This document shows positions 8,866 through 18,534 of a stretch of DNA of 64,000 bases, piece by piece. Source of the DNA: Candidatus Latescibacterota bacterium (GTDB lineage: Bacteria > Latescibacterota > UBA2968 > UBA8231); contig OZ242005.1 of NCBI GenBank assembly GCA_965204725.1, positions 3,072,001 through 3,136,000 of the forward strand. Reading direction: 5' to 3'. The notes under the pieces are model-generated. The model was not told where the DNA came from. It did not search any database and was given only the letters and a program-made list of their open reading frames with translations. The number at the start of each line of letters is the position of its first letter. The first letter of the stretch is position 1. Both the position numbers and the translations under genes were made by a program.

Positions 8866-9546
8866 TCAGCTTTTGTTGAGTAGGTGGCAGGAGCCGTCGT
8901 CTTGGCCGACGACCACGAGGTGGGTCAGGCCGACAAAAAGCCCGTTTTCTACGACCCCGGGCAAGGCGTTGAGCCAGTGCTCGGTGGCGCGGGCGTCGTC
9001 GATCCCGGCGGGAAAACGAGCGTCGATGACGTAGTTGCCGTTGTCGGTGACATAAGGGATGTTCGGGGCGCGCAAGCGCAAGGCCGGGGCGAGGCCCCGC
9101 TCTTTGAGGCCCCGGGCGATGAGGGGATGGGACCAAGGGACCACCTCGACCGGCAGCGGGGCCTTGGTGCCGAGCCGATCGACGAGCTTGGATGGGTCGG
9201 CGACAATGATCTGACGCCCGGTGATGGAGGCGACGACTTTCTCGCGCAGGAGCGCACCGCCTAGGCCCTTGATTAAGTTGAGGCTGGGATCGACTTCGTC
9301 GGCCCCGTCGATGGTCAAATTGACGCGGGCCACCTCGGCGAGCGTCGTCAGCTCGATGTCGAGGGCGCGGGCCAAGGCGGCCGTGGCGGCTGAGGTGGGG
9401 ATGGCCTTAACCGCCAGCCCGGTCGCGACGCGCTCCCCGAGGGCGCGAATGGCCCATTCGGCGGTCGAGCCCGTGCCCAACCCCACGATCATACCGGCTT
9501 CAATGTACTCGGCGGCGCAACGGCCGGCGGCTTCTTTTGGCGTCAT
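8866..9546 (-). CDS. rpiA: Ribose-5-phosphate isomerase A
   Basis: GLGTGST, IDGADEVD, IKGLGGALLREK, TDNGN, GVVENGLF. Confidence 0.96.
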   Translation of the reverse strand: MTPKEAAGRCAAEYIEAGMIVGLGTGSTAEWAIRALGERVATGLAVKAIPTSAATAALARALDIELTTLAEVARVNLTIDGADEVDPSLNLIKGLGGALLREKVVASITGRQIIVADPSKLVDRLGTKAPLPVEVVPWSHPLIARGLKERGLAPALRLRAPNIPYVTDNGNYVIDARFPAGIDDARATEHWLNALPGVVENGLFVGLTHLVVVGQDDGSCHLLNKS

Positions 9547-9557
9547 CTGCTATCAAT

Positions 9558-10025
9558 TCACAGGCGCGTACAATAGTGGATCTGGCGGGCGACTTCCTCA
9601 AAGCCGAGGTGGGGATACAAGTGCGAGCCGATGGGGTTTTGCGCCAGCGTCTCGATCTTGGCGCACTCCATACCCGCGGCGCGCAGGTGCGCCAAGCCGT
9701 GCTCTAGGAGTTGGCGGCCTAGGCCCTCGCCTTGGCGGTGCGGCAGGACGGCGATGTTGGGTATCCCGCCGATTTTGCTCTCGCGGTCGATGCGCGTGGT
9801 AATGTAGCCAACTACTTCGCCGCCTTCCTCCCACACAAAGACGCCGCTCGCCCGCTCGCCGGCCACGTCGTCGTCGATGTGGCGCAGCTTGCGAAATTGC
9901 CAGTCGCGTCCGCCAATTAGCCCAAAGCGCTGCTCGATGTTGTGGTCGATGGATACCCCGGGGAAGCAAACTGCCGTAATGTGCTTGAGTGCGGGCAAGT
10001 CCGCTGGGCGATAGGGGCGAATCAC
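9558..10025 (-). CDS. GNAT family N-acetyltransferase
   Basis: IRPYRPADL start; acetyl-CoA motif IAVLPHRQGEGLGRQLL; LYPHLGF. GTG start at 10025 is inferred. Confidence 0.85.
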   Translation of the reverse strand: MIRPYRPADLPALKHITAVCFPGVSIDHNIEQRFGLIGGRDWQFRKLRHIDDDVAGERASGVFVWEEGGEVVGYITTRIDRESKIGGIPNIAVLPHRQGEGLGRQLLEHGLAHLRAAGMECAKIETLAQNPIGSHLYPHLGFEEVARQIHYCTRL

Positions 10026-10030
10026 GGGGA

Positions 10031-13000
10031 TTAGCTTCCGGCGGATGCGGAGACCTGCAACAGGGCTGGGTCCGGGGCGGTCTCGCGCCCGGCGAGCAGC
10101 TCGGCGGCCCGCTTTTTGGCCGCCTCCATTTTGGGTTGCCGGACGCCGCGGTAGCCGCGCACCTCCTCGGGCAGGGACAGGACTTGCACCCAGGTGTGGT
10201 ACTCTTCTGCGGAGTGCGGAGAAAAATCGGCGACTAGGCTTTCGTACCAAGCGGCAAAGTCGCGCTCCTCGCGGTGCCACCACGAAGCGCCGAGCCGGCG
10301 GAAAAACCGCATGCGGGCAATCCACTTCAGGGGCCTATCGCCTAGCTTGAGCTCGGGGCGAAAGTCGCGGCCAAACAGGCGCAGGTGCGGCCGGTTTAGG
10401 TGGCGGTAGTGGATGCGGTCGCCGCGGCTCGGATCGATGTTGTAGCGGCGGCGGTCGCGGCGGTACTTCTCGGGGCAGGTCAGCAGGTGGGCCACGTAGA
10501 TTTCGTCCTTGATGGCGAGGACCTTGGCGAGTTGGTAGATAACCGCACGGGTGGCCGCGAAATCGCGCTCGGCCTCGTCTTTGGCCTGCACGGCGAGCAC
10601 TTGGCGGATGTAGCGGTCGGCGTACGCGAGGTCTTCGTACTGGATCAGGTCGTACACCCGCACGGCGAAGTGCCGGCGCGCCGTGGCGATGGGCGTCTCG
10701 CGGATGCGTTGGCGGTAGGCCGCGGCCACGCGCTGGCCCCGCGTCTGGGCCAGCAGGGCGGCTTTGTCGGCGACGAGCTCGGCGTAGCTCAGGGGTTTTT
10801 CTGCGACCGGGAAGTGGTTCGGATCAAGCGCGAGGCATCGCCCCATGTTAAAGGCTTTGAGGTTGGTGTCGAGGTCGCGGCGCACGGCCTGAGAAATGGC
10901 CCAGAGCAAGGTGTCTAGCTCTAGGGAGAGCAACCCGCGTTGGAAGGCCACGCCGAGCATCATGATGTTGGCGTAGAGCTTGTTGCCCAAGTAGTGCTCG
11001 CAGATGCGGAAGAGATCCGCGCCGAAGTACGCGTCTGGGCGGGTGTGGTGGCGGATTAGGTCGGCCTGATCTTCGGCCGAGAAGTCGTCTTGGCCGATGA
11101 GGGTGTCGATCGTGGCGGTCTTGGCGGTGTTGACGACAGCGGCGGTGCGCTCTGGATGGGCGATGCGGTAGCGGCCTTGGGGTTCGAGGCCCCGCGCCGC
11201 TTCGAGTACGTCGAGCCCGAGGAGCAAGTCGGCCTTGCCGCAGGGAATCAGGGGGGAGACCGGGGTGCCCTTGGGCGCGTAGCTCAAGTGCGAATACACC
11301 GAGCCGTTGCGGATGGCCAGCCCCTTCTTGTTGGTCAGCCGCACCTCGTAGCCCTGCCGCACGCCGGCTTGGGCCAGCACCGAGGCCACCACGTTGACGC
11401 CCATGCCGCCGACGCCGGCGATGTAGGTGTACCATACATCGGCGAGGGTGCGGTGGGCGGGCGCGGGCAACTGGCCGACGTCAATGGGCGGGGTCGAGAC
11501 GGTGGGGGGGGCTTGGCGATAGATGGTGATCTCCTCAAAGGAAGGGCAGGTTTTGTCGCCGTCGCCGACTTCGACCCGGGTGCAGGCGCCGTCGGCAACG
11601 CAGGCGGAAGGGTCGATGGCGATCTTGGGGCCGTACTCGGTGGCGGGCGCGACCGTCAGGCCGCTACACCCGGTGGCCCGAGTGCATTCGAGGCAGTACT
11701 CGCAGACGTCTTCGCTGATGTTGATGTGCTTTTCGACCGGCAGGAAGCCCCGTTCCTTTGCGATCGCGCTTTGGTGCGCCCGCTCGCGGCGATGGTAGGT
11801 GATGCCGCATTCCTTGTCGGCGATGATGATTTTGACCCCGTCGCGGAGCAAGGTTGCGCGGACGAGGGCGTCGTAATTTTGGCGTTGGGAGGGGTCCATG
11901 CGGGCGATAAAGGTCGGCGAGTCGCCCGCTAGCCCGACGACGGTCTTTTCAATGTCTTGGGCAAAGGTCGGCTTGCCCAAGACGTCCACATCGACGCCCG
12001 GGGTGGGCTGATGCCCGGTCATGGCCGTGGTCTTGTTGTCGAGGATGATGTACGTGATGTCTTGGCCGTTTTTGATGGAGTCGGAAATGGCGATCATGCC
12101 GGTGTGGAAAAAGGTTGAGTCCCCCATAAAGACGAGCTGTTTGTTGTCGATAAAGGGGTCGATACCCGCGCCGGTGCCACCGCCCAAGCCCATGCCGGAA
12201 AGATTGTGCATCAGCTCGGAAAACGGCGCGTACTTGAGCATGGAGTAGCAGCCGATGTCGCCGTGAAAGACCAAATCTACCGGGGCTTGGCCGTCAGCCG
12301 GGGCCGCTAGATCGGCCGCCACTTTCTTGAGTACGCTGGCCGAGTCGCGGTGGGGGCACCCCGGGCAAAAAGAGGGCGCCCGCGGTGGAACGACCGGGGC
12401 CGCGGACACCGGGGCCAAGGTGGCGAGTTCGGCTCGTAGTTTATCGCGGTCAATGGGTAGATCGGCATCCAGCGCAGCGAAGAGGCGGGATAGGGCTTGG
12501 ACGATGAGCGAAGGGTGCAGGCCGTGGACATCGGGAAAGCCCGGGGCATTGCCCGGAAAGTGCTTGCCCCACAGCGCGGGGCCGAGGTCTTGTTGCCGCG
12601 CTAACTCGGCGGCGATCTGCGGCTCGATAAAGGGCCGCTTTTCCTCGACCACGCAGAAGGCTTGGACGCAATCGGCAAAGCGCGCGATTACCTGGGGATC
12701 GACTGGGTAGGTAATGCCGAGCTTGAGGATGGGGAAATGCCCGGTTAGCCCGAGGATGTGCAGGGCGTGTTCGAGATAGGTATAGGCCAAGCCGGAAGTG
12801 ATAAAGCCCAGCGGCTTGGGCGTCGCGCTGGGCGGATAGAGGATTTGGTTGATGCCCGCCTCCCACGCGAGTTGCCACAGGTGGGGGTAACGCTGGTGAA
12901 CGACTTCGCGCTCTTTGTGCGCCGTGGCCGGCGGGATGATGACGCGGTCGTCCGAGCAAATGGTGCTGGTGTCGAGCGCGATGCGCTGCTTGCGATTGAG

Positions 13001-13585
13001 GGGGGCAAAGCGGTTGGGATGGACGGTGACGCTGCCGCCGCCGTCGGCTTGGTTGGAGGTGACCAGATAGGTCAGGTAGAGCCGCGAGCGCCGCGACAAC
13101 TCAAAGCCTTGCCCGATCCAGTCTTTGATTTCCTGAAAGGTCGCGGGCTCGAGAACCGGCATGTAGAGATGCTGCGACAGAAAGCGCGAGTCGGCCGGTA
13201 CTTGGGTCCCCTCGGACCAGGTGTCGTCGCCCACGGCGACTAAGGCACCCCCGCTGGGCGAAGCGCCGACCATGTTGCCGAGGGCCAACCCGTCAGCCGC
13301 CACGTGCAGGCCGACGCTCTTCATTACCGCTAAGGCGCGGATGCCCTCCATCTGCGAGCCGTTGAGGCGGGCCGCGGCGAGGGCTTCGTTGTTGGCGATC
13401 TGAGCGACGATACCGCGCTCGTTAAAGAGGTCCTTGTTGTTTTCGAGGGTCTCGAAAAGCTCGGCCAAGGGCGAGCCGGGATACCCGGTAATGACGCCGA
13501 CTTGGCTTTCTAAGGCACCCTTAACGATCAGTTCGTTGCCGGTGTAAATGCCCGTGCCTTGTTCGAGTGAGAAGCGGGGATCCAT
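10031..13585 (-). CDS. Indolepyruvate:ferredoxin oxidoreductase family, fused alpha-beta chain
   Basis: TGYPGSP, FCPGCPH, GDIGCY, TPP motif GDSTFFH...DNKTTAMTGHQ, ferredoxin CxxCxxC, beta-subunit AGVGGMGV, KDEIYVA. Confidence 0.88.
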   Translation of the reverse strand: MDPRFSLEQGTGIYTGNELIVKGALESQVGVITGYPGSPLAELFETLENNKDLFNERGIVAQIANNEALAAARLNGSQMEGIRALAVMKSVGLHVAADGLALGNMVGASPSGGALVAVGDDTWSEGTQVPADSRFLSQHLYMPVLEPATFQEIKDWIGQGFELSRRSRLYLTYLVTSNQADGGGSVTVHPNRFAPLNRKQRIALDTSTICSDDRVIIPPATAHKEREVVHQRYPHLWQLAWEAGINQILYPPSATPKPLGFITSGLAYTYLEHALHILGLTGHFPILKLGITYPVDPQVIARFADCVQAFCVVEEKRPFIEPQIAAELARQQDLGPALWGKHFPGNAPGFPDVHGLHPSLIVQALSRLFAALDADLPIDRDKLRAELATLAPVSAAPVVPPRAPSFCPGCPHRDSASVLKKVAADLAAPADGQAPVDLVFHGDIGCYSMLKYAPFSELMHNLSGMGLGGGTGAGIDPFIDNKQLVFMGDSTFFHTGMIAISDSIKNGQDITYIILDNKTTAMTGHQPTPGVDVDVLGKPTFAQDIEKTVVGLAGDSPTFIARMDPSQRQNYDALVRATLLRDGVKIIIADKECGITYHRRERAHQSAIAKERGFLPVEKHINISEDVCEYCLECTRATGCSGLTVAPATEYGPKIAIDPSACVADGACTRVEVGDGDKTCPSFEEITIYRQAPPTVSTPPIDVGQLPAPAHRTLADVWYTYIAGVGGMGVNVVASVLAQAGVRQGYEVRLTNKKGLAIRNGSVYSHLSYAPKGTPVSPLIPCGKADLLLGLDVLEAARGLEPQGRYRIAHPERTAAVVNTAKTATIDTLIGQDDFSAEDQADLIRHHTRPDAYFGADLFRICEHYLGNKLYANIMMLGVAFQRGLLSLELDTLLWAISQAVRRDLDTNLKAFNMGRCLALDPNHFPVAEKPLSYAELVADKAALLAQTRGQRVAAAYRQRIRETPIATARRHFAVRVYDLIQYEDLAYADRYIRQVLAVQAKDEAERDFAATRAVIYQLAKVLAIKDEIYVAHLLTCPEKYRRDRRRYNIDPSRGDRIHYRHLNRPHLRLFGRDFRPELKLGDRPLKWIARMRFFRRLGASWWHREERDFAAWYESLVADFSPHSAEEYHTWVQVLSLPEEVRGYRGVRQPKMEAAKKRAAELLAGRETAPDPALLQVSASAGS

Positions 13586-13618
13586 GGGTCTATCTGAGCG
13601 TTGGGAATAAGTGCCAAC

Positions 13619-13646
13619 ATAGTACGAGGTATGGGGTGGTTGTCAA
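13619..13646 (-). promoter_or_regulatory. Sigma70-type promoter upstream of the oxidoreductase-GNAT-rpiA-TRAP operon
   Basis: Minus strand TTGACA-N16-TACTAT in the intergenic gap. Confidence 0.55.
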
Positions 13647-13673
13647 GTCGGCGCTTGCATCGGCCCGGCGGCC

Positions 13674-14210
13674 TCACGCTGGGTCCTCGAGCCAGTAGCG
13701 TTGGTATTCCTCCAAGAACGCCAGGGTCTGTAGGTCGGCCATGCGGTCGGGGAAGAGCACGCCGTCGAGATGGTCGATTTCGTGCTGGAGGACCCGGGCG
13801 AAAAGCCCCTCTGCTGCGAGCGTCATCGCACTACCTTTGCGGTCGTAGCCCCGGACTTCAACGGCTGCGGACCGCGGGACGACGCCGCGCAGTTGGGGAA
13901 TGCTCAAGCAGCCTTCCCAGCCCTCTAGGCACTCCGGCGACCGGGCGGCATACTGCGGATTGAAGAGCACGGTCAGTGGGATGGCGGCCTCGTCTTGGGG
14001 GTCGGCTTGGGGCGTGCCGAGGACGATCAGCCGCAGGGGTTCAAAGACTTGCGGCGCGGCCAAGCCAATGCCCTCGTAGTCGATCATGGTCTCGATCATG
14101 TCGTCGATTAAGCGCTGCATCGGGGGGCTTTGCATCTGGGCAGCGGGAATTTCTGCGGCGCGTTGGCGCAGCACCGGATGCCCCATCCGCGACACCTTGC
14201 GAATGGCCAT
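13674..14210 (-). CDS. def: Peptide deformylase
   Basis: GIGLAAPQV, EGCLSIP and QHEIDHLDG motifs. Confidence 0.96.
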   Translation of the reverse strand: MAIRKVSRMGHPVLRQRAAEIPAAQMQSPPMQRLIDDMIETMIDYEGIGLAAPQVFEPLRLIVLGTPQADPQDEAAIPLTVLFNPQYAARSPECLEGWEGCLSIPQLRGVVPRSAAVEVRGYDRKGSAMTLAAEGLFARVLQHEIDHLDGVLFPDRMADLQTLAFLEEYQRYWLEDPA

Positions 14211-14214
14211 GGCG

Positions 14215-14799
14215 TTACGGCGCTTGGGACGCCGCCGAAAGGCAACAGCGGAAGCCGACTAAATCGAGGCGGTAATCGGGGCCGAGGAACCGCCCGTAGC
14301 GGGCGTCGGCCCGGGCTAGATTGATGTTGTGAAAAAAGGAGCCGCCGCGCACGACCCGCCAGCGCTCGGAGCGCGCATACCAAGATGCGGTCCACTCCCA
14401 AGCGTTGCCGATCATGTCATAGACCCCGTAGTCGTTGGTGCAGCGTTCATAGGTGCCGCTGGGCGCAAGGCCCGGCCCGCGCTGCCAGACCCCAGCAACG
14501 GCAAAGCGCGTATTGCAGCGCCCCGGCTCGAATTCCGCGCCATAGGAGTACGCGAAGTTTTGCGGCCCAGTGCAGGCTTTCTGCCATTCCTGTTCGGTAC
14601 ACAGCCGCTTGCCCTGCGCTGTGCAGAGCGATTCCGCTTCGCCCCAAGTGACGTCAACCTGGGGGAGAGCACCGCGCTGGTTGGGGTACTCGTACAGGTC
14701 GATGTAGAAGGCGTCATCGATCTGTACCATGCCTTCCACGTCGGACGCGGCTCGCGCTGGCAAGGCGAGCAAAAGGCAGAGGGCTAAGCGCTTGTCCAT
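14215..14799 (-). CDS. Secreted FGE-sulfatase/SUMF1 domain protein
   Basis: Signal peptide; KRLCTEQEWQKAC, GVYDMIGNAWEW, VVRGGSF, VGFRCC. Confidence 0.88.
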   Translation of the reverse strand: MDKRLALCLLLALPARAASDVEGMVQIDDAFYIDLYEYPNQRGALPQVDVTWGEAESLCTAQGKRLCTEQEWQKACTGPQNFAYSYGAEFEPGRCNTRFAVAGVWQRGPGLAPSGTYERCTNDYGVYDMIGNAWEWTASWYARSERWRVVRGGSFFHNINLARADARYGRFLGPDYRLDLVGFRCCLSAASQAP

Positions 14800-14805
14800 G
14801 GCGGC

Positions 14806-15600
14806 TCATTCCGCAAATTGTACCGCGCCAAAGCGGGCGGGGTGGTGAAAGCCGCGCTGGTAGGTCTCGCTCCAAGCCGTGTACTCGGTTTGTTCGTGGT
14901 AGTGCTGGCGGAGCGCGTCTGCGTCTGGGAGGTCGTTTAGGCGGCTTTTTAGCGCGCGCCCGGCCTTGCGTTCGATGCGGTAGAGATTGAGTCGCCAGAC
15001 ATCGCCTACGGCCGGGTATCCACCGCCGGTGACGCTATCGGCTAGAGCGGCCCAAGGAATGGCGATTTCCGCGGTCCAGCCCCAGTCGAGCGAGAGCGAG
15101 TCGTTTACTGTGCCGTGGGCTTGGACCGCTGTTTTAAGCCCGGCTATATCCCAGTCTTTGGACGAGTGCCACTCGGGCGAGATCGAATAAATCAGCAAAT
15201 CGACGACTACGTTGTGTGGGTTGACCTCCAGCTCTAGGTAGCGTTTGCCGTCGCCATCGGGGTCGATGAAGATCTCCACGACTTCCTCGTCCCATAGCGG
15301 ATCGTCTTCCTCTGTGGAAATAGCCCACATGTCTGCATCTTGACAGACGAAAGCAAAGTAAAAATAGTCGCTATCCCACAGCATCTTCGCCCGCGTGGGA
15401 AAGAGCACCTCGTCATACTCGTTGAGGATGCGCTCAAAGTGGTTGATTTGCTGCGCCCGTTCCCACGAGAATTCGTCCAGTTTGCCATCGACGACGACCG
15501 GTTTGAGGGCGCGTTGTACTGCGTACTGCGCCGACAGCCCTACTTGGGCGGACGCTGCAAGGGGGAGGGCGGCGAGCATCAGGATTGTCAGGAAGTGCAT
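14806..15600 (-). CDS. Secreted carbohydrate-binding family 9-like protein
   Basis: Signal peptide; VDGKLDEFSW, KMLWD, EEVVEIFIDP, YLELEVNP, GWTAEIAIPW, WRLNLYR, FHHPARFG. Confidence 0.82.
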   Translation of the reverse strand: MHFLTILMLAALPLAASAQVGLSAQYAVQRALKPVVVDGKLDEFSWERAQQINHFERILNEYDEVLFPTRAKMLWDSDYFYFAFVCQDADMWAISTEEDDPLWDEEVVEIFIDPDGDGKRYLELEVNPHNVVVDLLIYSISPEWHSSKDWDIAGLKTAVQAHGTVNDSLSLDWGWTAEIAIPWAALADSVTGGGYPAVGDVWRLNLYRIERKAGRALKSRLNDLPDADALRQHYHEQTEYTAWSETYQRGFHHPARFGAVQFAE

Positions 15601-15682
15601 AGCATAATTCTCCTTTTTAGAGGGCTGAATATACGAAAATCGCTCGGGCTGACCAAAAATGCTTACTACACGCTGTCTTTCT

Positions 15683-15730
15683 AAGGATCGAGGGCATCTT
15701 GCCCTCGTCGAGGGCGGGACGCCCTCGATC
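15683..15730. repeat. REP-like doublet (two inverted hairpins), copy 1
   Basis: AAGGATCGAGGGCATCTTGCCCTCGTCGAGGGCGGGACGCCCTCGA is identical to 52720-52765; the right half recurs at 45052-45077. Confidence 0.85.
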
Positions 15731-15757
15731 CAAGACGCTGTACTTAGCCAAAAATGT

Positions 15758-15791
15758 AAAAGGGACGCTGCCAAGCTGGCACCGCCCCTTT
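15758..15791 (-). terminator. Intrinsic terminator of the amtB-glnK-porin operon
   Basis: Minus strand AAGGGGCGGTGCCA-GCT-TGGCAGCGTCCCTTTT followed by a further T run, just after the porin stop. Confidence 0.7.
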
Positions 15792-15814
15792 AGTCCCGCT
15801 GCTACAGACCCGGC

Positions 15815-16462
15815 TTAGAAGCTCCTGCCAAAGACGAGGAAGGAGCTTTCTCTGTTTGGATTGAGGATGTACGAGGCGAAGTAATCGCCCTTGCCCATGT
15901 TGAGGCCGACGCTGACCAAGGCCGGGTCGGTATCTGTGGTGTAAACCCCGTTGCCAAAGCCGGCGGTGACGCTGACGGCGGTCTCTTCCATCTCGCCCAA
16001 GTCGTAGGTCGCTTCCACCCAGAACGAATCGTCGGGGTCGCCGGAGAAGTTGAAGGCCGCTAGGGCACTCAAGGGCATGCCGTCGAGGGCGAGAGACGCG
16101 CTGATCTCGAGGATGTGTACTGCGTCGTCGTTGCTGAAGCTGAAGAACGAGTCGTCTTCGGTCAGGCCCGGGAAGTAGTAGTCGGTCAGGGTAATCCCGA
16201 TGGGACCGGAAGAAAAACTGGCGTAGAGGTCGTTCTCGTTGGCACCGCCGTCGGTGATGGCCCACGACGACCACGCGCCGATTTCGATGTTGCCGTGGCT
16301 GATGGACATGCCCGGCTGGACGCTGACGGCGTTGCCAAAGTCCGTGCCGCGCCACACATAGCGGTTGACTACGTCGGCGCCAAAGCCAACCCCGGCATCG
16401 GCCGGAACGGCGGCTAAAGCCAGCGCAAAGAGAAGGGGTACGGCAAAAAGCAAGCGGTTCAT
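15815..16462 (-). CDS. TorF-like putative outer-membrane porin
   Basis: SD AAGGAG; signal peptide; NRYVWRG, SVQPG, IGAWSS, ENDLY; C-terminal Phe; cotranscribed position after glnK. Confidence 0.75.
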   Translation of the reverse strand: MNRLLFAVPLLFALALAAVPADAGVGFGADVVNRYVWRGTDFGNAVSVQPGMSISHGNIEIGAWSSWAITDGGANENDLYASFSSGPIGITLTDYYFPGLTEDDSFFSFSNDDAVHILEISASLALDGMPLSALAAFNFSGDPDDSFWVEATYDLGEMEETAVSVTAGFGNGVYTTDTDPALVSVGLNMGKGDYFASYILNPNRESSFLVFGRSF

Positions 16463-16563
16463 TAAGGTCTCCTTAATGGATTGAGGTGTACTGCGTCGAG
16501 TGATAGTAAGGTAAGATAAGAGATGGGGCCGGAACAACCAAAGGGTGCGCCGGCCCCTTGCTA

Positions 16564-16902
16564 TCACAGGGCGCTTTCGCCCGTCTCGCCAGTGCGGATG
16601 CGCACGGCCTCTTGGATGGGCGAGGCAAAGACCTTACCGTCGCCGACCTTGCCGGACTTGGCCGCCTCGACGATGGTGTGGATCGCCTGCTCGTGGTCTG
16701 CGTCCTTGACGACGACCTCGACTTTGACCTTGGGGACGAAATCAATGCGGTACTCGGCGCCGCGATAGACCTCGCGATGGCCGCGCTGGCGACCAAAGCC
16801 CCGCACTTCGGTTACGGACATGCCGGCGATGCCCCGTTCGCCCAGAGCCTTCTGCACGTCCTCAAGGACCGATGGCCGGAGAAATGCTTCAATTTTATAC
16901 AT
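16564..16902 (-). CDS. glnK: P-II nitrogen regulatory protein
   Basis: 112 aa; GFGRQRG, YRGAEY (Tyr51), GKVGDGKVF, RIRTGE; adjacent to amtB. Confidence 0.93.
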   Translation of the reverse strand: MYKIEAFLRPSVLEDVQKALGERGIAGMSVTEVRGFGRQRGHREVYRGAEYRIDFVPKVKVEVVVKDADHEQAIHTIVEAAKSGKVGDGKVFASPIQEAVRIRTGETGESAL

Positions 16903-16919
16903 CGTTGTTCTCCCTTCGC

Positions 16920-18272
16920 TTAGTTGTTGATGTGCTGGAAATCCGCGTACGCGGGCTGGCCGTGCTCACTGAGGTCGAGACCCTCGTCTTCTTCCTCCTC
17001 GTCGACGCGGAACCCGAGTGTCGCCTTGACGATGATCGCGAGGACCAAGGAAAAGACAAAGGCGAAGAGGGCATACGACAGAGTGCCCAATAGCTGGGTG
17101 CCCACGCTGTGGTCGGCGTTGGTGCTGAACAGCCCGACCGCGACCGTACCCCAGATGCCGCAGATGCCGTGAACGGAGATGGCACCAACCGGATCGTCGA
17201 TTTGGATGCGGTCGATAAAGACAATGGCAAAAACGACGATGACCCCGGCGAGCAGCCCAATCCAAATCGCCCCCCCCCAAGTGACCACATCGGCCCCAGC
17301 CGTGATGCCCACAAGCCCGGCGAGGATGCCGTTGAGAGCCATGGTGATGTCGGGCTTCTTGAGATAGATATAAGAAGTGAAAATCGAGGCCATGCAGCCG
17401 GCCGCAGCGGCGAGGGTCGTGGTGACGAAAACCAGCGATACGGCCGCCGGGTCGGCGCTGAGCACTGAGCCGCCGTTGAAGCCGAACCAGCCGAGCCAGA
17501 GCAGGAAGACGCCGATGGTTGACAGCGGCATGCTGTGCCCGAGGATGGGCCTGATTTCTCCATTGACGTACTTGCCCTTGCGCGCCCCTAGCACCAAGAC
17601 AGCGGCGAGGGCCGAGAAGCCGCCAAAGGCGTGGACGACCGACGAGCCGGCGAAATCGTAGAAACCGAGGTCGTCGAGCCAGCCGGCACCCCACTTCCAA
17701 GAGCCGGCTATGGTGTAGCCAAAGGCCACCAAAATAGCGGCGTAGAGCATAAAGCCCGACAGCTTGACGCGCTCGGCCACCGCACCGGAGACGATGGTCG
17801 CGGCGGTCGCGGCGAACATGGCTTGGAAGATGAAGTCCGACCAGTAGGTGTAATCGGCGTATTGATTGGTCAGGTTGGCCACGTCGTTGTCAAAGCCGAT
17901 CCACCCCTTGAGGGCCAACACATCGGCGATGAGCCAATCGTCGCCCGGATACATAATGTTGAAGCCGCACAAGGCGTAGGTGAGGACGCCGGCCGAGATG
18001 ATAAAGAGGTTCTTAAAGAGGATGTTGACCGTGTTCTTCTGCCGGGTCAGGCCGGATTCGAGCGTGGCAAAGCCCAAGTGCATGATGAAGACCAAGACGG
18101 CGGCCATGAGAATCCACAGGTTGTCCACCATGAATTTGGGATAGGCCAAGGGCATGGCCTTGAAGGCTTCTACGGTGTTGAAATCCCCGGCTGAAGCCCA
18201 AGTGGTCGCCCCGAGGACCCCGGCACAGATCCACAAGAGCGAAAGACGGTTGCGAAAAACAGGCATGGGCAA
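16920..18272 (-). CDS. amtB: Ammonium transporter
   Basis: FQAMFA, SGAVAER, DFAGSSVVH, WFGFNGGS, DDPVGAISVHG, EGLDLSEHG. Confidence 0.96.
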   Translation of the reverse strand: MPMPVFRNRLSLLWICAGVLGATTWASAGDFNTVEAFKAMPLAYPKFMVDNLWILMAAVLVFIMHLGFATLESGLTRQKNTVNILFKNLFIISAGVLTYALCGFNIMYPGDDWLIADVLALKGWIGFDNDVANLTNQYADYTYWSDFIFQAMFAATAATIVSGAVAERVKLSGFMLYAAILVAFGYTIAGSWKWGAGWLDDLGFYDFAGSSVVHAFGGFSALAAVLVLGARKGKYVNGEIRPILGHSMPLSTIGVFLLWLGWFGFNGGSVLSADPAAVSLVFVTTTLAAAAGCMASIFTSYIYLKKPDITMALNGILAGLVGITAGADVVTWGGAIWIGLLAGVIVVFAIVFIDRIQIDDPVGAISVHGICGIWGTVAVGLFSTNADHSVGTQLLGTLSYALFAFVFSLVLAIIVKATLGFRVDEEEEDEGLDLSEHGQPAYADFQHINN

Positions 18273-18373
18273 TCCCTTCCCTTTAGTGGTTAGCCGCCGA
18301 CGGTGGGACTAATCACTAATGAATGAAGTATGAGGAGGCGTCTGGGCGACGCCTCGTGGATGCCAACGCATAA

Positions 18374-18390
18374 TGCAAGAAATGTGCCAA
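18374..18390 (-). promoter_or_regulatory. Sigma54 promoter of amtB-glnK
   Basis: Minus strand TTGGCACATTTCTTGCA matches TGGCAC-N5-TTGC. Confidence 0.88.
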
Positions 18391-18479
18391 GTGGATTGGG
18401 CGCGGATACTTCAGAATTGTAGCTTATTGTAAATTCGGGAGTTAGAAAAAATAACAATAAAGAGGGGGACGAGGTGGGC

Positions 18480-18530
18480 ATAAGCTACAAAATTGAAACA
18501 GTAGGAATAAACAACAATTTTGTAGCTTAT
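18480..18530. promoter_or_regulatory. Candidate UAS: perfect 16-bp inverted repeat overlapping two ACA-N4-TGT-like boxes
   Basis: ATAAGCTACAAAATTG (18480-18495) and CAATTTTGTAGCTTAT (18515-18530), 90-140 bp upstream of the sigma54 promoter; no U-tract follows on the minus strand. Confidence 0.65.
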
Positions 18531-18534
18531 ATGG

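Noticed and set aside
13601-13617. TTGGCAC upstream of the oxidoreductase as a sigma54 promoter
   Set aside because: The -12 GC is absent (TGGCACTTATTCCCA), and a sigma70-like promoter lies adjacent.
16525-16557. GGGGCCGG...CCGGCCCC hairpin after glnK as a terminator
   Set aside because: Long loop and only a weak U-tract; it may modulate porin expression but cannot be called with confidence.
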